A stretch of DNA of 64,000 nt from a virus (taxonomy: Duplodnaviria; Caudoviricetes), in the IMG/VR virus record IMGVR_UViG_3300021431_000076, positions 32,001 to 96,000 of that record; one strand, given 5' to 3'. Shown piece after piece: positions 59,343-64,000 of this stretch. Below the pieces are notes generated by a model that saw only the letters and a program-made list of their open reading frames with translations, was not told the origin of the DNA and did no database searches. Position numbers and translations under genes: made by a program. Position 1 is the stretch's first letter. The number at the start of each line of letters is the position of its first letter.

Positions 59343-59413
59343 GATATATCCTCCTCTCTATTAAATGATTGTCGAGGAGTACAAAAAAGAACCCCGAAGG
59401 GTTCTAAGAATTA

Positions 59414-59797
59414 TCACTTACTCTGTGCTTCTTCGTATTTAGCACGAGCAATAATAAGTTCCATAATACCTACACAGTCAGGACGTGCATCCTCGTCCTG
59501 TAAAATCTCTTTCGAGATTACTGTGTTACGAGAACTGAGCATATGGATTGCATCTTCAGTTCTCTTAAATTTATATCCCTTATTTTTTAAATAAGTGATA
59601 TACTGTTGGAGTTCTTTCTTAGCGGGATGATCTTTGATCGTCCCTTTCCATGCAGCTACAGCATACATGAAATAAGTACGGATCTTTCTCTCTTTTTCGA
59701 GAGAATCCTCATACCCGTGTTTGCGGAATTTGCGGTTGAGCACTTCTTTCTGTGCCCAGATGTATTCCTCGCCTAGGTTGAAGTTAAAGAATGCCAT
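59414..59797 (-). CDS. Early hypothetical protein, paralog of 60643..60990
   Basis: Start MAFFNF behind AAGGAGG; shares YF.....WKG..KDHPA and YLK..GY with the paralog. Confidence 0.75.
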   Translation of the reverse strand: MAFFNFNLGEEYIWAQKEVLNRKFRKHGYEDSLEKERKIRTYFMYAVAAWKGTIKDHPAKKELQQYITYLKNKGYKFKRTEDAIHMLSSRNTVISKEILQDEDARPDCVGIMELIIARAKYEEAQSK

Positions 59798-59924
59798 GAT
59801 AAAGTCCTCCTTTCTTTTTAACATGAGCTCACCACCATGATGAGTCTCTGACTTTATCACGGCTATAATATACATTTGAAATTTTAAACAAATACAAAAA
59901 AGAACCCCGAAGGGTTCTAAAACA

Positions 59925-60545
59925 TTATGCTATAATCTCTCCAAAATCTTTCATAAATTTTCTATATTCTTTTTCATCAGCAATTAGTATATACAATAAA
60001 CCCATTCTATAAACTTGATCTATTTCTCTACGAGTTTCAATTTCAGATTTGATTCTAGTAATAAGTTTTTTAACAGATATTTTTGTGCTTGGTTGAGATT
60101 TTATAGAGGCTGGTATAAAGGAATCAGTATCATTAAATAAATGATCCAGTTGCTTAATCATATCACTAAGACTATCATAATGAGCAGATTCTATGCAGAA
60201 TGAATATTGATCATATCCATATTTCTCATATTTCTTTGCAACATCATTTAAATCCTTATAACCTAATTTCTTAGCTTGTTTATCAAACTTAGGATTTAAA
60301 CCAGTAAATTCTGTTTTATTCCAAATATCTAATTTTTTGATCCATTGCATCCTCATTTCTAATTCAAATAAATCTTCACACACGGGAGCATAGAATTCAG
60401 CATAATCTTTATGAACTCCATAATGTAAAGATAAGTCTTTAAAAGACTTATAACCTTTTTCTTTAAGCTCTTTATATATCTTCTTCTTATATTTCTCTTT
60501 TTCCTCCACAGATCTTTTTACAGTTTTTCTTTTCATTCGTTCCAT
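59925..60545 (-). CDS. Early basic protein with a duplicated (K)GYKxxxD(L/V) helical motif
   Basis: Start MERMKRK behind AGGAG; early promoter at 60591. Confidence 0.65.
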   Translation of the reverse strand: MERMKRKTVKRSVEEKEKYKKKIYKELKEKGYKSFKDLSLHYGVHKDYAEFYAPVCEDLFELEMRMQWIKKLDIWNKTEFTGLNPKFDKQAKKLGYKDLNDVAKKYEKYGYDQYSFCIESAHYDSLSDMIKQLDHLFNDTDSFIPASIKSQPSTKISVKKLITRIKSEIETRREIDQVYRMGLLYILIADEKEYRKFMKDFGEIIA

Positions 60546-60642
60546 TTTATCTCTCCTCTTTATAAACAATTCATTATATACTTCATACTTATAATATATA
60601 AATATAAAAAAGAACCCCGAAGGGTTCTGTAGAATTACCATT

Positions 60643-60990
60643 TCAAAATGCTAATATTACGCTTGTTGGGAAAGCATCAGCATCCTCTAATATTTCTTTA
60701 CCAAGTCTTACTTTATCTGGAGTATAAAGAAATACTTTGGATTCTGTTATTTGACATCTGTATCCCCTTTCTTTTAAGTACTTAGCACAATCCTCAAGAA
60801 TTGGTTGCGCAGGATGATCCTTAAAAGAACCTTTCCAGCCTGCCATAGCATGCAGGAAATATTTGGATACCAGTTCTCTATTCTCTTTTGTATCATTTTC
60901 TGCACATAACAATACATTGCAAAGTAATCTACACTGAAGATATATATACCTTGCATTTTTATGATGGAAATTAAAAAAGCATCCATCCAT
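60643..60990 (-). CDS. Early hypothetical protein, paralog of 59414..59797
   Basis: CFFNFH...YFLHAMAGWKGSFKDHPA; early promoter at 61014. Confidence 0.7.
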   Translation of the reverse strand: MDGCFFNFHHKNARYIYLQCRLLCNVLLCAENDTKENRELVSKYFLHAMAGWKGSFKDHPAQPILEDCAKYLKERGYRCQITESKVFLYTPDKVRLGKEILEDADAFPTSVILAF

Positions 60991-61096
60991 TATAATCATC
61001 TCCTTTCACATCAATAATATATATTAAAAAACCCCATGTGCTACAGATTCTATACTGCATGCTTTGCCATCATGGGTAATGGGTTATTGGCAAGCA

Positions 61097-61276
61097 TTAT
61101 TCGTCATCACCATAATCACATTCATGCGATTCAGTGTAATCGAATATTGCTTTTACGGGAATGCCATTCTCATCACATTCGTAACGAGAGACAATTTCAC
61201 CGCAAGAAGTACACTTGGAGATCATATCTCCCCATCCGTGCACTCCGCCAGTGTATTCACTGGTGGTGAAAGTCAT
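61097..61276 (-). CDS. Small acidic early zinc-finger-like protein
   Basis: CTSCG...HEC; AAGGAGGTG RBS; early promoter at 61299. Confidence 0.65.
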   Translation of the reverse strand: MTFTTSEYTGGVHGWGDMISKCTSCGEIVSRYECDENGIPVKAIFDYTESHECDYGDDE

Positions 61277-61351
61277 ATTATCACCTCCTTTCATATCTAT
61301 AATATATAATTAAAAACTATAAAAAAGACTAGGGGATTTCTCCCCTAGTCT

Positions 61352-62245
61352 TTAAGCTACTTTAATACACATTATATATACACTATAGACACTATTGACT
61401 TTCTTCTTACTCTTTACCACATCTAGCTTAACCATAAAGTATCTACTATCCATACCTTCTAATTGATCATGGATAGATAGATATATCTTATCTCCCTTAA
61501 CATTGTTTAATATAGTTTTATTGATATAGAAAACATAAGGTTTTAATTGAGGGCCATATTTTACAACATCTGGACACCAGATTCTAGCCCCATCGCCTGC
61601 TTTGAGAGCTAAGATATCGAGAAAAGCTTGATCAGAAGATATATCTGTGTACTCACACACGCTATGGCTTTTTAACCACATTATATTGTATTTTTGTACT
61701 GGGTCTAACACTATATACTCAGGATATAGATTTATCAAAGTTCTAGTAAGTGTATTATTACCTGCTAGATTCTCCATAACCTGATTATTATGATCTAAAG
61801 TGTATAGCTGCCTTCCTATAGCATATGTAGAACCATTTATATCCATAGTATCATAAGTAAGGAATGAGAACATAGGCATAGCTTGTTCTATAAGCATAGG
61901 ATCTACTTTCTTAGAACTTCCTAGTTTATTATCCTTAATAGCTTTATCTGTAGAGTAATCCATTATAAGTTTAATAAATGGATTAATCTCTTTAGTCATT
62001 AATACTATATGACTTAGATTGATATTAGCCCATAATGGTTTATATGATAATCCATTAACATCCATCATCTCATCTAAATCTGCTACATGGCAAATAGCAT
62101 TATCAGATATACCACATACTTTATCTACTGATGCCATGTTCTTAGTAAACATTCTAGGAATACAGACAAATTCACTTTTCACCCCCTTTATTATTTCTAA
62201 TACTTTCAGTAATTGACTTGTTTGAATCGCTTCTAGATTTGCCAT
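61352..62245 (-). CDS. Hypothetical protein downstream of the polymerase N-part
   Basis: 297-aa ORF with GAGGAG RBS. Confidence 0.6.
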   Translation of the reverse strand: MANLEAIQTSQLLKVLEIIKGVKSEFVCIPRMFTKNMASVDKVCGISDNAICHVADLDEMMDVNGLSYKPLWANINLSHIVLMTKEINPFIKLIMDYSTDKAIKDNKLGSSKKVDPMLIEQAMPMFSFLTYDTMDINGSTYAIGRQLYTLDHNNQVMENLAGNNTLTRTLINLYPEYIVLDPVQKYNIMWLKSHSVCEYTDISSDQAFLDILALKAGDGARIWCPDVVKYGPQLKPYVFYINKTILNNVKGDKIYLSIHDQLEGMDSRYFMVKLDVVKSKKKVNSVYSVYIMCIKVA

Positions 62246-62256
62246 TGTTTCTCCTC

Positions 62257-64000
62257 TTATTTAACCTTGAGTGATGCTCTATATCTATCTACTTCTTTTT
62301 CTACCCAATCTGGTATAGGACGATTACAGAATACTACTGGTGTAGTCTTATCTGGGAAATATGCTACTACTTTAGCTTGAGTATCATATGGAAGTTCTCC
62401 AGGTCCCTTAAACATAGGAGTTCTATACTTAGTAAAGTATTCTTGGATATCTCCAAGCATCTCTTCTATACCTGCAAGACCAAACCATCTTTGACCAAAT
62501 TCAATATAATTGAAACTAGCCAGATTTTCGGTAAATGTTCCACCTGGTTCCATCTTAAGATAGGCAGGATCTCTATAGCCTACTTCAGTAGGTTCTATCT
62601 TACCAACTTGAGTATGTGGAGCCATATTGAATTCTTGTAACAGAGATGGATATAGACGTTTATAGTCAAAGTCATTGGTGTTATTGAACTTATTGATATA
62701 TTTACCATTGGCTATCATCTTATTCTTATTACTAATGAGATTAGGATCTGCCACAAATGCACCTGGAAATTTCTCTGTAGGAGGCTCACCAAACTTATTT
62801 ACATTTTCTCCTAAGATAACTCCTTCATGATTCTTATAGAAGTCAGCACCTTTAGTAGCAAGATAGACTGTTTGTCTCCATATCTTTTGATATGGAGTAT
62901 TCATCTCTATTGCATTATTAAACATATATTTCATATCACCAGTTTGTGCTTCTATACAAACCTGGTCAATAACATCAATAAGGTTATACAACCAGAATAA
63001 GATAAAATCTAGATATGGGAATTTAGCAATGTTAGTGGTAATATGATGATAGTCTAACTTATGTACACCACATTCTTTAGCACCTACAGAATCCAAACTA
63101 TAAGACTCTATCGCTGATTGACCTTTTCTTCTAGATGCATATAATATAATCTGATCTATATATGCTATATAAGATGCTATATTAGCAAAGTCACATCTTT
63201 CTTCAAATTTATCTGCATTCTTTTGATCTACATAATATGAACAGAATTTATTCTCAAATTCTCTATCACATACAACTGCAGGCACATTTAATCCTAAGAT
63301 TTGAGCTCTTGCTAATAGCTGAGGCATATCATATGCCATATTATATGCTAATGCAAAATCTGGACTAAGATAATGAAGTAATTTAAAGAATGCAACTATC
63401 ATCTCAGCTTCTGTATCAAAGAACTTTACTTCTAGATTAATATTATCTAATCCATACTGTTTGATTTTTTCTTCAGAACCTAGATTATCTTTGATAAGTT
63501 CACGGAAATGATTCATATGCTTAGTATATCCAGATTTTGTCTTAAGCTCTTCTTCTAACTCTGCACACTTAGGAATGTTTGGCATTCTTACCATATAACT
63601 ATACATAGTCTTATTCTTTGTATAGAATCCTGATATCATAATAGTAGGACATTCACCTATAATGATATTATCAGTAGATGATTGCATTGCATCTGCTTCT
63701 GTATCAAAGAAGAATAAATCTATATCACATACTGGATTCTGATACGTTTCAGCAAATTCAGATCTTATGAAATTCAATATAGGCATATCTGCAGAGAATA
63801 TTCTTGGATGGGCAAAGAATGCTCTATTGAGTTTATAATCTCCAGACTTCATATTTCTATTATATAAATCTAGATTACCAGTCTTTTCTGCTATAGATCT
63901 AGTAAGCTGATTATAAGGACAAGTTACTGGAATAACTTTCTCTCTTTCTATGAAATGCATATTAAAACCTGGATCCTGATACTCTGGTCTTAATAGATAA
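62257..64000 (-). CDS. polB: Family B DNA polymerase, N-terminal part (3'-5' exonuclease + motif A); 5'-truncated by the window edge
   Basis: ExoI FDTE, ExoII AYNMAYD, YSLDSV, ExoIII YNLID, KFPGAFV and DFDYKRLYPS; frame stays open to base 64000. Confidence 0.9.
   Translation of the reverse strand, partial: YLLRPEYQDPGFNMHFIEREKVIPVTCPYNQLTRSIAEKTGNLDLYNRNMKSGDYKLNRAFFAHPRIFSADMPILNFIRSEFAETYQNPVCDIDLFFFDTEADAMQSSTDNIIIGECPTIMISGFYTKNKTMYSYMVRMPNIPKCAELEEELKTKSGYTKHMNHFRELIKDNLGSEEKIKQYGLDNINLEVKFFDTEAEMIVAFFKLLHYLSPDFALAYNMAYDMPQLLARAQILGLNVPAVVCDREFENKFCSYYVDQKNADKFEERCDFANIASYIAYIDQIILYASRRKGQSAIESYSLDSVGAKECGVHKLDYHHITTNIAKFPYLDFILFWLYNLIDVIDQVCIEAQTGDMKYMFNNAIEMNTPYQKIWRQTVYLATKGADFYKNHEGVILGENVNKFGEPPTEKFPGAFVADPNLISNKNKMIANGKYINKFNNTNDFDYKRLYPSLLQEFNMAPHTQVGKIEPTEVGYRDPAYLKMEPGGTFTENLASFNYIEFGQRWFGLAGIEEMLGDIQEYFTKYRTPMFKGPGELPYDTQAKVVAYFPDKTTPVVFCNRPIPDWVEKEVDRYRASLKVK

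Larger units (their letters stand above)
59383..60628 (-). repeat. Three identical cUUCGg terminators bounding gene cassettes
   Basis: AAAAAAGAACCCCGAAGGGTTCT at 59383-59405, 59896-59918 and 60606-60628. Confidence 0.95.

Noticed and set aside
59383-60628. Direct repeats as a possible CRISPR array
   Set aside because: The repeats are 500-700 bp apart, flank whole genes and are cUUCGg terminators; no cas genes are present.
1-64000. tRNA genes, introns/inteins, chimallin or PhuZ tubulin
   Set aside because: No cloverleaf with T-loop, splice or intein termini, homing-endonuclease motifs or tubulin signature was recognised by eye. A tRNAscan/HMM run is needed to be sure.

Overview
This AT-rich window comes from a jumbo myovirus of the AR9/PBS1-phiKZ-related type. 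Strong AGGAGG/GAAAGG ribosome-binding sites suggest a Bacillota host. Morphogenesis genes include the major capsid protein, prohead protease, terminase large subunit, portal, tail sheath, tail tube and tail-fibre-like genes. Transcription and replication genes include pieces of phage multisubunit RNA polymerases, a probable sigma-like specificity subunit, a family-B DNA polymerase split into two genes, primase and an SF2 helicase. Other genes encode a GroEL-like chaperonin, a dTMP-kinase-family enzyme, a macrodomain PARG, an ankyrin protein and a tandem cystatin-like protein. Two promoter classes can be read directly from the intergenic DNA: early-type TATAYTAT-N5-TG (about 16 copies) and late-type NACA-N6-TA (about 20 copies). 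Using them, the most unusual observation is a set of about 8-9 ORF-free promoter-to-terminator units that look like small RNAs, most exposing anti-Shine-Dalgarno sequence. Also unusual are an unannotated 57-aa gene that copies the C-terminal arm of the major capsid protein, and a pseudoknot/attenuator-like leader before the DNA polymerase operon. Three early leaders fold over their own start region, and a G10 tract lies in the tail-fibre module. All calls come from visual motif recognition; no database search was run.
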